DNA of 60,142 nt from Nitrospirota bacterium. Its GTDB lineage: Bacteria; Nitrospirota; UBA9217. Below, in pieces: positions 22,344 to 33,190 of the stretch. Under the pieces are notes generated by a model. That model was not told the origin of the DNA. It did not search any database and saw only the letters and a program-made list of their open reading frames with translations. A program made the translations under genes and the position numbers. Position 1 is the stretch's first letter; every line of letters begins with the position of its first letter. The stretch is taken from assembly GCA_963741205.1 (NCBI GenBank), contig CAVUHW010000021.1, forward strand, positions 1 to 60,142, in the 5' to 3' direction.

Positions 22344-22720
22344 CAGTTGCCTGACCTCGCCTTTTGCTCCGTCAGGACCTTGTGCACGATCCGCTTCAGT
22401 TCTTTAATGCGGATGGGTTTGTTGATGTATTCGGCGGCGCCTAGGCTCATGGCCTTGAGATAGCTTTCGACCTCGCCGTATGCCGTGACCATGATCACGT
22501 CGGTTTTCGAGCCGATCTTCCGGATCTCCTGCAGCAGCTGGAGACCGTCCATGACCGGCATCTTGATGTCCGTGATCACGAGATTGAAGGGTTGGTTTTT
22601 GAACTGGGCCAGCGCCTCCTCGCCACTCACCGCCAGGGACACTTCATAGCCCTCATCGGTCAAGATGGTGTTGAACAGTTCGCGCGCGCCCTCTTCGTCG
22701 TCGACGACAAGTATCTTCAT
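22343..22720 (-). CDS. Single-domain response regulator
   Basis: ILVVDDE, VITDIKMP.MDG, MVTAYG, YINKP. Confidence 0.92.
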   Translation of the reverse strand: MKILVVDDEEGARELFNTILTDEGYEVSLAVSGEEALAQFKNQPFNLVITDIKMPVMDGLQLLQEIRKIGSKTDVIMVTAYGEVESYLKAMSLGAAEYINKPIRIKELKRIVHKVLTEQKARSGN

Positions 22721-22851
22721 CAGTTCTCCTGAGTATTCAGCCGTAAAGCAAAAATATCAAAAAAAACGAGAGTCGTCAAGCACGGGGGGAAGAAGATGAG
22801 GCCCGGTGAACACTATGTCACATACGGGCAATAACGTGATCCGTTGAAAAG

Positions 22852-23618
22852 TCAACGATTTAATTCGTAGAGCAAGCCGAAGGCCTTCGAGGGTCAGATT
22901 GGTCTTTACCTCCTCAATGCTCCTGGTCTCGGGCGAGACCAGCTCGGCCAGACCGCCCGTTGCCACTACCCTGGCATCGGGCGACAGCTCCTTCTTCATC
23001 CGTTCCACGATGCCGTCCACGAGCCCGGCATAGCCGTAGATGATCCCGGCCTGCATGGCGCTGACGGTGTCGCCGCCGATGACCCTCGGCGGGCTTGACG
23101 AGCTCGACCCGCGGCAGCTTCGACGCCCGCTGGAACAGCGCCTCGGCCGATATCTTGATGCCCGGACAGATGGCCCCGCCCAGATATTCTCCGTCCTTCG
23201 TCACCGCGCAGAACGTCGTTGCCGTGCCGAAGTCCACGATGATGACGGGTCCGCCGTAGAGCTTGTACGCCGCTGCCGCGTTCACGATCCGGTCCGCGCC
23301 CACTTCCTTGGGATTGTCGTAGCGGATCGTGATGCCCGTCTTGATCTCGTGGGTCACGACCATGGGCTCGATCTTGAAGTACTTCCGGGACATCTCGGTC
23401 ATCACGGGCAAGAGCGGCGGAACGACCGTGGAGATGATGACGCCCGTGATCTGCTTGAACTCGAGCCCGGCGAAACCGAACAGGTCCTTCAAGATCATGG
23501 CGTACTCGTCCGGCGTGATCTGCGCGTTCGTCCCGACGCGCCAGTTCTCGACGAGCCTCTCCTTCTCGAACACGCCGAGGACGACGTTGGTGTTGCCGAT
23601 GTCGATGGCTAAGAGCAT
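22852..23618 (-). CDS. coaX: Type III pantothenate kinase (frameshifted)
   Basis: [38 protein letters not shown]. Confidence 0.93.
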
Positions 23619-23741
23619 AATTCCTCCGGAAATTACGTCAGGGACCAGGGGGAAAAAGTAGCAAGGAGCAAGGCAAAGTCGCCTTGCTACATGCTACTTG
23701 CTACTGTCCTTGACTCTTGACGGCGTTCCTTCCCCTGGCCC

Positions 23742-24714
23742 CTATCTTTTTACGATCGTCACATCTCCCGCCGCTACCGTTCGCACGGTGCCGTCGTCCT
23801 GCCTGAGGATGAGTCTGCCTTCATCATCGATCCCCTGCGCAAGACCTTCCAGTGTCTCACCGGCGCCGCTAACGCATGACCCGGTTGCCGATCGTCATGT
23901 TGAGCGTCTTCCACTCCTTCAGCACATCCCGTTCGTTCGTAAGAAAGACCCGGTACCAATGGTCGAGTTCCCGGAGGAGCTGCCGGAGGAGCGCGGTCCT
24001 GTCGATCTTGACGCCGGTCTCGGCCGCGAGCGTAGTCGTCAGGGCGCGGACGTCGGGAGGAAGCGCTGCCAGCTCCATGTTCACATCAATGCCGATGCCG
24101 AGCACGATATGCCTGACCCGGTCCTGTTCGGCGCTCATCTCGGTCAACAGGCCGCATACCTTTTTACCCGAAATAAGGATGTCGTTCGGCCACTTGATGA
24201 AGGCTTTAACCTCGCACATCCTGCGCATCGCCGAGGCGACGGCAACGGCGCCCATCAGCGTAATAAGCGGCGCCTTGTGCAACGGGATGTCCGGCCGCAA
24301 GATCACGCTGAGGTAGAGGTTCCCTTTCGGCGAGATCCACGTTCTGCCTCGCCTGCCTTTGCCGCCGGTCTGCGTCTCGGCGAGGACGACCGTGCCTTCG
24401 GGAGCGCCGGTTGAAGCCATCTCCATGGCAAGGGTATTGGTTGACGCGACCTCGGGGAAGAGATGGATCTCCCGCCCGATGACCTTGGTCTTGAGGCCCG
24501 GCTTGATGTCGCCCTGCCGCAGGAGATCGGGCACGGAAATGATGCGGTAGCCCTGCGACGGCACGGCCTCGATCCCGAAACCCTCCCGCTCAAGCGTCTT
24601 GATGTGCTTCCACACCATGGTGCGGGAGATGCCGGCCTTCCGGCCAAGCTCCTCGCCGGACAGGAACCTCGTTCGCGATGATCGGAGCAGGCTCAGGATT
24701 TTTTCTTTGTACAT
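23742..24714 (-). CDS. birA: Bifunctional biotin repressor/ligase (frameshifted)
   Basis: HTH SGEELG...ISRTMVWKHI, STN, QTGGKGRRGR.W.SP, KWPND, KVCGLL, AGDV. Confidence 0.93.
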
Positions 24715-24822
24715 GGAAATACCAGGGTCAAGGGGACAGGGATCAGGGTCAAGTTCAGCAAGGCGATTTCATTTCGCACGCCTTGCCTGGATCTGCCCTG
24801 GACCCTGTACTCTGGCACCCTG

Positions 24823-25671
24823 TCATTTAATCTTCATGCTGATGTCCGCTGCCGGCGCCGAGTGGGTCAGACTGCCGGAGGATATGAAGTCCACGCCCGT
24901 CTCCGCGATCAGCCTGATCGTATCGAGCGTCACGTTGCCCGAGGCTTCGACGAGCGCCCGTCCGGCTACGAGCTTCACCGCCTCGCGCATCATGTCGAGC
25001 GGCATGTTGTCCAGCATGATGATGTCGGCCCCTGCGGCCAGCGCCTCCACGACTTCATCGAGGGTCTTCGTCTCCACCTCTATCCTGAGCAGATGGTGGG
25101 CCTTCTTTCGGGCGCGCTCGACCGCCTTGATGATGCCGCCGGACGCCGTGATGTGATTGTCCTTGATCAGGACACCGTCATAAAGCCCGAAGCGGTGGTT
25201 CCTGCCGCCGCCCATGCGCACGGCGTATTTTTCGAGCTTCCGAAGGCCGGGAAGTGTCTTTCTCGTATCCAGGACCTCGGCCTTGAGGCCCTTGACCTTC
25301 TCGACGTATTTCGATGTCAGGGTCGCGATCCCGGACAGATGCTGCAGCAGATTAAGCGCCACTCGCTCGCCCGCGAGCAGTGCCCGCGTGTTCCCGGACA
25401 CTTTCGCGATCTCGGTCCCCCCGTGTACGGCGTCGCCGTCTTTGGCAAAAGGAATAAACTCTACGGACGGATCGAGCTGATGAAACACTTCCCGGGCCGC
25501 GTCGATCCCGGCAAGCACCAGGTGCTGCTTCGCCAATATCACGGCGACGGACGCGGAGTCGGCCGGGATCGTCGCCTCGGAGGTCACGTCCCCGGGTCCG
25601 AGGTCTTCTGCAAGGGCGTGTTTGATGAGGTTCTTAATATACTGGTCCATATCAAGCTCCGGGTAATGCAC
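24823..25671 (-). CDS. nadC: Quinolinate phosphoribosyltransferase
   Basis: EDLGPGDVTS, ERVALN, DTRKTLPG, NHRFGL.D..LIKDNH, MLDN, EASGN, DFISSG.LTHS. Confidence 0.96.
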   Translation of the reverse strand: MHYPELDMDQYIKNLIKHALAEDLGPGDVTSEATIPADSASVAVILAKQHLVLAGIDAAREVFHQLDPSVEFIPFAKDGDAVHGGTEIAKVSGNTRALLAGERVALNLLQHLSGIATLTSKYVEKVKGLKAEVLDTRKTLPGLRKLEKYAVRMGGGRNHRFGLYDGVLIKDNHITASGGIIKAVERARKKAHHLLRIEVETKTLDEVVEALAAGADIIMLDNMPLDMMREAVKLVAGRALVEASGNVTLDTIRLIAETGVDFISSGSLTHSAPAADISMKIK

Positions 25672-25959
25672 TCATACTAAGATCAATAAATTGACCTTAT
25701 TTATATCATCTTTAAGAAACGATTACAACTATCCAAATTGTAAAGCTTTTTATGGATTTGATTGGCGCCGATAAGAAAGCAGCAATGACGTGATAGTTGT
25801 CGACGATCAATTCTCATTGCGGAAGATAATGCAATTCCAGAATCAGTGTCCCGCCCAGACATCCTTACGACGATCATCAATCTTTATACAATTTTAATAC
25901 TTTCACAGTTACTTTTTACGGCATTTTTATGCCGCTCTGCTTATAATATAAAATTCGCA

Positions 25960-26448
25960 TGGAGCGCGTTTAGTAGATTTGCTCTTTCCTCCATGTCTTC
26001 TTCGTGGCGGACTCAATGATACGAGGCCGCCGATAATGCCTGCGGAAAAAGAACTCATATTGCCGATCGCTGGCAAGCTCCTGGCAAGGACCCGCGTGGC
26101 CCTGCGTCGTGCAGCTCGGCAAAATGCTGACCTGGCAGGAGCCCGTATTCACCCTGCGCAATCCCCGGGGGAGCTGGCGCAGAGAGTGGTGTTCGTCGAC
26201 GACAGAGAAGTGCATCAAGCTCCTCTTAAATACAAGTTGCTGCTCGTCTGATCCGGCATGCGCGCACAGTCATTACCCACACCCAGCTACTGAAGGCAGT
26301 CTGGGGTCCCGTGCACGTCAACGAAGTCTATCTGCATGTTTATATGGCACAGCCCAGACACAAACTTGAGGCGGACCCCACGCGTCCCCGTTCTTTCATG
26401 AATGAGCCAGGGATCGGTTACCGACTGAAATACGATCCCGAAGAATAA
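25960..26448 (+). pseudogene. kdpE-like response regulator remnant
   Basis: Degenerate pieces LLARTRVALRR, EVHQAPLKYKLL, THTQLLKAVWG, VYMAQPRHKLEADPTRPRSFMNEPGIGYRL; receiver largely missing. Confidence 0.7.
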
Positions 26449-26462
26449 CGGAGAATTATTAC

Positions 26463-28470
26463 ATGGCACAGGAACGCAAAGCTTCCTTCATCTGGCGATT
26501 AAGGACTTTGATCATCGGCGGGAAGCATGATATCGAGGACACCTCACTTTTTCACAAGCTCGCGCTGATCGCGTTCTTTGCCTGGGTGGGACTTGGAGCC
26601 GATGGTCTGTCGTCGTCCTGCTACGGTCCGGAGGAGACCTTTCTAGCGCTCCAGGGCCATACCTATCTGGCGGTCTTTGTAGCGATCATGTCCGGGATCA
26701 CGGTGATGGTCATCGCCGCCAGCTACTCCCAGATCATCGAGCTCTTTCCCACGGGCGGGGGCGGTTATCTCGTCGCGAGCAAACTACTGTCTCCGACGGT
26801 TGGGATGATTTCCGGGTCGGCGCTGCTGATCGACTACGTGCTCACGATTACCATCTCCGTGGCGAGCGGGGCGGACGCCCTGTTCAGCTTCCTGCCCCAT
26901 GCCTGGCTGCCTTATAAGCTTTTTTTCTCGGTAGCCGGCGTCCTGATATTGACGGTCATGAATATGCGCGGGGTAAAGGAAACAGTATTGCCTCTCGTGC
27001 CCATATTCCTTACTTTTGTTATCACGCATGCGGTCATTATAGGTTATGCGCTCGTTTCGCATGCGGGTAATTTTAGCGGGCTTATCGTAGCAACCGGCAC
27101 TGAGGTCGCTCGCTCGCGGGCGGAGCTCGGAATGGGCGGAATGATCTTCCTGCTCCTCCGGGCGTACAGCATGGGCGCGGGCACGTACACGGGAATCGAG
27201 GCGGTAAGCAACGGCCTGCCGATACTCCGGGAGCCGAAGGTCGTGACCGGCAAACGGACCATGCGCTATATGGCGATCTCCCTTTCCGTTACCGTCATGG
27301 GGTTGATCATCGCATACCTTCTGTACGGAGCCAGACCGCAGGAAGGGAAAACCCTGAACGCGGTACTCTTCGAAACCATGACGAAGGACTGGGGAAGCGG
27401 AGGCGCTGCCTTCGTACTCGTAACGCTCCTGTCCGAGGCCGTACTCCTGTTCATCGCGGCCCAGGCGGGCTTCCTGGACGGCCCTCGCGTGCTCTCGAAT
27501 ATGGCCCTGGACCGCTGGTTTCCGACCAAGTTCGCCATGCTTTCCGACCGCCTCGTGACGCAAAAAGGCATCCTGATGATGGGCGGCTCCGCGCTCGCTA
27601 CCATGCTCCTCACGGGCGGTTCCGTGAAGTATCTCGTGGTCCTGTACAGCATCAACGTGTTCATTACCTTCTTTCTGTCCCAGCTCGGCATGGTCCGCCA
27701 CTGGTGGCAGACCCGGGGCAAGGAAGCCCACTGGGAGAAAAAACTCTTCATCAACGGTGTGGGTATGACGCTCACCCTGTTCATCCTCATAACCGTGACG
27801 GTGCTCAAGTTTCATGAAGGAGGATGGATCACCCTGCTCCTCACCGGGGCACTGGTCGGCGTCGCGCTTCTGACGAAGCGGCATTACCGGAACACCTTCA
27901 AGGTGCTGAAGCGGCTGGATGAACTCGTGGACGTGGCCGAGGCCTCCTGCCCCATCATGCCGGAAACCTCGGAGCAAGGACCGGGTGAAATACGATCCCC
28001 AGGACAAGACCGCGGTCCTGCTCGTGAACGGATACAACGGGCTGGGGCTGCACACGCTTTTCAGCATCATCCGCCTGTTCGGCGGGACGTTCAAGAACTT
28101 TGTCTTCATCCAGGTCGGCGTGGTGGACGCGGGCAACTTCAAAGGCGCCGAGGAAGTCGCGCGCATGAAATCCGAAGTGAAAAAAGAGCTTGACCGCTAT
28201 GTGCGGTACATGCGATGCCATGGATATTATGCCTCGGCGTACTCCTCCTTCGGTACCGATGTGGTCGACGAGGCGGCCCGTCTCACTCCCGTTATCCTGG
28301 AGCGTTTTCCCAACGCAATTCTCTTCGGCGGGCAGCTGGTGTTTCCGACAACGACGTTTATGTCAGGTGTCTTCCACAACTACACCATCTTCGCGGTCCA
28401 GAGAAGATTCTACGGCGAGGGGATTCCGGTCGTGATCCTTCCGATCCGCGTCGGGGAGCCGGGGAAATAG
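26463..28470 (+). CDS. APC-superfamily KimA/YdaO-like potassium transporter (one frameshift)
   Basis: ADGLSSSCYGPEE, SYSQII..FP.GGGGY, LLIDYVLT, TGIEAVSNG, LYSINVF, KF.EGGW, cytoplasmic C-domain. Confidence 0.82.
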
Positions 28471-28571
28471 TATGGGAGCGGGTGCAGAAGTGCATGGAAA
28501 AAAGCTGAGGAGCCCAACGGAAAGTCTCTTTGGGGTATGCGTCAATAATTCCGGGATTAACCGGGCAGAAG

Positions 28572-29096
28572 TCAGGGCACCAATTCCACCGCTTCAACCT
28601 TGGAAACGCGAGCAGGGGCTTTCGGAATTCGTGCGGGATAACCGACCGGAACGATGGCAACAGGTCTTAGGTTATCCGGCAGATTCAGAATTTCCTTCAC
28701 CTTTTCCTCGTTAAAGGCGCCGGCCCAACAGGTCCCGAGGCCGAGGTCGTGGGCGGTAAGGAGCAGGTTCTGAACGCTCGCGGCCGTGTCCTGGATGCAG
28801 TAGAGGTGCTTGCCTCTCTCGCCGTACTGCGAGGAAATGCGAAGGTCGGCGCAGGCGACGATGACAAGGGGCGCCCTTGCGATGAAGCTGACAAAGTCGT
28901 GCCGTAAACCCGCCTGTGCCAGCTTGTTTCTAATATCTTCATTAAAGACGAAATAAAATTTCCTGCTCTGAAGATTCCCGGCGCTCGGCGCCCAGCGAAG
29001 GGCCTCGATAAGAGCGTCTATGGCGCTCTCAGGAATCTGCTGGTCAGCGAAATCCCGCACACTCCGTCTGTTTTTGATGATATCGAGGATGTTCAT
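28572..29096 (-). CDS. Nitroreductase family protein
   Basis: RRSVRDF, APSAGNLQ, GLGTCW.GAF, PVGYP. Confidence 0.93.
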   Translation of the reverse strand: MNILDIIKNRRSVRDFADQQIPESAIDALIEALRWAPSAGNLQSRKFYFVFNEDIRNKLAQAGLRHDFVSFIARAPLVIVACADLRISSQYGERGKHLYCIQDTAASVQNLLLTAHDLGLGTCWAGAFNEEKVKEILNLPDNLRPVAIVPVGYPARIPKAPARVSKVEAVELVP

Positions 29097-29141
29097 TACT
29101 TTCCGGGCAATGATCTTTGAAGTGATGCCTAAGTCGCCGCA

Positions 29142-30329
29142 TCATCTTCCCGCATCCAGCTCCGCACGCACGACCCCGGCAAGCTGTTTGGCGGTCGGCA
29201 GTTTCCCCTTCAGTTCGCCGGGCAGTTTCGACTGCAATTGATACGCGGCCACGCCGATAGGATTTGCTTTCGTGCGCAGGGCGTATTCCACCTCCACGTC
29301 GTCCTTCTCGGCACAGAGGATGATGCCGATGGAGGGCTGGTCGCCAGGGCCTCGTTCCTTGTCGTTGAGCAGGTTCAGGTAGAAATCCATCTTCCCGGCG
29401 AACTCCGGCTCGAACGGCCCGACTTTCAGCTCAAAGGCCACCAGCGCCTTGAGGAAGCGGTGATAGAACAGCAGGTCGATGAAATACTCCTTGTTGCCGA
29501 GGGCGATGTGGTGCTGGCGGCCGACGAAGCAGAAGCCGTAGCCGAGTTCGAGGAGGAACGCTTGCAGGCGGGATATGAGCCGGTCTTCGAGTTCGCGCTC
29601 CTTCACTTCCCGGTGGATGCCGAGGAATTCGAGGTTGTAAGAGCTTTTGAGCATCTCATCGGCCTGCTCGGCCAGATGTTCCGGCAGGACGAGGGGGAAG
29701 TTGTGTGTCTTCTTTTCCGTTAGCGCCCGTTCGTAGGCCCCGGCTTTGATCTGGTTCACCAGGACATTGCGCGACCACCCGAATTGCGCAGTGGCGCGGA
29801 GGTAGTAAAACAACTCTGGCGGGGATTTAATCCTGCCGAGCAGAAGAACGTGATGCCCCCATGGGACAGCCGCTGACAATTCTCGCACAGCTTGTGCGAG
29901 AATCGGACTCCCCTCGGATACCGCCTGCATGGTCTTACTTTCTGGAACAACTTGTCCCAGAAATGATGGCAACCCTTGCCGAGGGAGGCGGTTTTCAAGT
30001 TCTCGCGCAGCCTGTGCGAGAATTGCCTCACTGGAGTAAACCGTATGGAGCTGGCGCATCCGCCAGACGTTTGCCGGGGAGAATCCGCGCATCTCCGGAA
30101 ACGCGCCCCGTAAGTCAGCCGCCACCATTTCCACCACAGCATCGCCCCAGCCCAGCGCCTTCTGCTTTTCCACAATCCCGCGTCCAATGTCCCAGTAAAG
30201 CAGGATCAAATCATGGTTGACCGCCCGCGCAGCGGACAAGCGGGCGGCGGCGACCCGCGCTTTCAAATCCGCGATGAATTGCCGGTAGTCCGGAGTGTTC
30301 AGCAGAGTGGTATCGGCCGAAGCTTTCAT
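29142..30329 (-). CDS. YhcG/DUF1016 PD-(D/E)XK nuclease family protein
   Basis: LYWDIG, GFS..N..RM, PWGHH, WS...L..QI, FLLELG.GF.FVGRQ, IDLLFYHR.L, ELK, GKMDFY, IGIILC. Confidence 0.92.
   Translation of the reverse strand: MKASADTTLLNTPDYRQFIADLKARVAAARLSAARAVNHDLILLYWDIGRGIVEKQKALGWGDAVVEMVAADLRGAFPEMRGFSPANVWRMRQLHTVYSSEAILAQAARELENRLPRQGLPSFLGQVVPESKTMQAVSEGSPILAQAVRELSAAVPWGHHVLLLGRIKSPPELFYYLRATAQFGWSRNVLVNQIKAGAYERALTEKKTHNFPLVLPEHLAEQADEMLKSSYNLEFLGIHREVKERELEDRLISRLQAFLLELGYGFCFVGRQHHIALGNKEYFIDLLFYHRFLKALVAFELKVGPFEPEFAGKMDFYLNLLNDKERGPGDQPSIGIILCAEKDDVEVEYALRTKANPIGVAAYQLQSKLPGELKGKLPTAKQLAGVVRAELDAGR
29881..30021. repeat. Three 21-bp palindromes with exact 60-bp period inside the YhcG gene
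   Basis: TCTCGCACA-GCT-TGTGCGAGA (29881), TCTGGAACA-ACT-TGTCCCAGA (29941), TCTCGCGCA-GCC-TGTGCGAGA (30001); dissimilar 39-bp spacers. Confidence 0.8.
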
Positions 30330-30373
30330 TGCGCGAGGTCCTCCAACTTAGTCCGACGCGTCAGACAAAAAAC

Positions 30374-33089
30374 TCACCCCAGCATCTTCAGGCTCTGCTC
30401 CAGTTTCTCCCGCTTCGCCTTGAAGTCTTCGAGCTTCGCCGTGTCCTTCTCCACCACCGCCTTCGGCGCCTTGTCCACGAAGTCCTTGTTCGACAGCTTC
30501 TTGGAGAATACGTCGATGTCCTTCGATATCTTCGCGATCTCCTTCTGCAGCCGGTCGCGCTCCTGCGTAAGGTCGAGAATGCCTTCGAGCGGCACATAGA
30601 CCTCGGCGCCTTTGATCACGGCTGTTGCCGCTGCCTTGGGCTTGGTCTCAGCTACGCCGATCCGGAGCTCGCCGAGCCGCGCGAGGGTCCTGACGTAGCC
30701 GGAGGTCTTTTCCAGGTGCTCGCCGATCTCTTTTGTTTCCACCTTCACGATCGCCCTTATCTGCATGGACGGCGCGATGTTCATCTCGCCGCGGATGTTC
30801 CTGATCGCAAGGATCAAATCCATCACCATCTGCATGTCCTGCTCGATCTCGGCATCGATCAGCCGTTCCTCCGCCATGGGATAGGCCGAGATCATGATGG
30901 ATTCCTGCTCTGACTCCTGATTTCCGGCTTCTGACTCCTGCCGGCAAGTGTCTGCCAGATCTCCTCCGTGATGAACGGCATGATCGGGTGCAAAAGCCGG
31001 AGTCGCGGTTTCGAGAACGTGCGCAAGCACGGTCTGCGCCGCTTTCCGTGATGGCGACCCCTTTTCTTCATTCAGTGCCGGCTTGGACAGTTCCAGATAC
31101 CAGTCGCAGTATTCGTGCCAGATGAAATGATAAAGCGCCGAGGCCACGTCGTTGAAACGGTATTCCGCCAGCGCAGACTGGACCTCTTTTGTGACCGAGT
31201 TCAGTCGGGAGAGGATCCATTTATCGGCGAGGGACGCGTGAGGAGCCAGGAGCTCGGCGTTCGGAGTAAAACCCTCCTCCAGGTTCATCATCACGAACCG
31301 GCTCGCGTTCCAGATCTTGTTCGCGAAGTTCCGGTAGCCCTCGATGCGCTCCGCGGACATCTTGATGTCCCGGCCCTGGGCCGCGAAGGCTGCGAGCGTG
31401 AACCGGAAGGCGTCGGTGCCGTACTGGTCGATCATCACGATCGGGTCGATGACATTCCCCTTGGACTTGCTCATCTTCTGGCCTTCGGCGTCGCGCACGA
31501 GCGCGTGGATGTAGACGTCTTTGAACGGGACCTCCTTCCTGAAGTGGAGGCCCATCATGATCATGCGCGCGACCCAGAAGAAGATGATGTCGAAGCTCGT
31601 GATCAGGACCGACGTCGGATAGTAGACCGAAAGCTCTTTCGTCTTATCCGGCCAGCCGAGCGTGGAAAAGGGCCAGAGGGCCGACGAGAACCAGGTGTCG
31701 AGCACGTCCGTCTCCTGCCGGATGTTTTTGCTTCCGCATTTGCCGCACGATACGGCATCGGTGCGGCTGACCGTGATCGTCCCGCATTCGTCGCAATACC
31801 AGGCAGGGATGCGGTGGCCCCACCAGATCTGGCGTGAGATGCACCAGTCCTTGATGTTGCGCATCCACTCGAAATAGGTGTTTTCCCAGCCCTTGGGAAC
31901 GATCCGCACGCTGCCGTCCTCGACGACTTTGATCGCGGGCCCGGCAAGCGGACCGGTTTTCACGAACCACTGGGGAGACAGATAGGGTTCGACAACGGAC
32001 CGGCAACGGTAGCACTTGCCGATAGAATGCGCGTGATCATCCGTTTTGATGAGGAGACCGCGCGCCTGCAGGAGCTCCACGACCATGCCGCGCGCCTTCT
32101 TCGCAGGCTTGCCGGCAATCTGCTTCTGCACCTCGGGGAGCACGTCGGGGATATCGGAAAGGATCTCGGCCTTGTCGTCGAGCATCTTGATTCGCGGCAG
32201 TTCGGGTTTCTGGCGTTGGCCCGCCTCGTAATCGTTAAAATCATGGGCAGGCGTCACTTTGACCGCGCCGGTGCCGAATTCAAGGTCAACGAGTATGGAG
32301 TCGCCGATGATCGGAATCTTTCTCTTGGTAAGGGGCAGATCGACCGTCTTGCCGATGAGGTCCTTATAGCGCGGGATCGAGCGGGTGCACGGCTACAGCC
32401 GTGTCACCGAGCATGGTTTCGGGCCTTGTCGTGGCCACGGTGAGACGGATGTTGTGGTCGTGGGAGATCGGATAGGCGATATGGTACAGCTTGCCCTTCT
32501 CGTCCTCGTGCTCGACTTCGATATCGGAGAGCGCCGTGTGGCAGCGCGGACACCAGTTGATGAGCCTCTCACCGCGATAGATGAGCCCTTCTTCGTATAG
32601 CGTGACAAAGACCTCGCGCACGGCGCGCGAGAGCCCTTCGTCCATGGTGAAGCGCTCGCGCTCCCAGTCGCAGGATGCCCCCATGCGTTTAAGCTGATTG
32701 ATGATCCTGCCGCCGTACTCTTTCTTCCACTCCCAGACCTTCTCGATGAACTTCTCACGGCCCAGGGCGTGCCGGTCGATATGGTCTTTCGCGAGCTGAC
32801 GCTCCACCACGTTCTGCGTGGCGATGCCGGCGTGGTCCGTGCCCGGCACCCAGAGGGTGTTCCTGCCGGACATGCGCATCCATCGCACGAGGATGTCCTG
32901 GAGCGTCGAGTTCAAGGCGTGTCCGATGTGGAGCGAGCCGGTCACGTTCGGCGGCGGTATCACGATCGAAAAGGCCGGCCCCCCGGCGTTCTCGTCGGCG
33001 TGGAAATAGCTCTTCGAAAACCAGAAGGCGTACCACTTCTGCTCTACGGATTTTGGATCATAGGTTTTGGGTAGTTCCTGCGATGACAT
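30374..33089 (-). CDS. valS: Valine--tRNA ligase (frameshifted)
   Basis: [54 protein letters not shown]-terminal coiled coil. Confidence 0.97.
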
Positions 33090-33190
33090 TGGTGATGCTC
33101 TCCTTCATGGTGTACCGCTCTTAATAAAAAGAGGGGAGCAAGTCCCCTCTTTTGTTTCATTCCGCACTCCGAACTCATGACTCTGAACTG

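Noticed and set aside
26784-28166. Long antisense ORFs (also 1828..2673, 24862..25680, 38896..39876, 51343..52374, 54822..55751)
   Set aside because: Shadows of well-supported genes on the opposite strand, expected with GC-biased codons.
29881-30021. Calling the YhcG palindrome array a CRISPR
   Set aside because: Only three diverged 21-bp units, inside an intact ORF, with no leader or cas genes; kept as an unexplained repeat.
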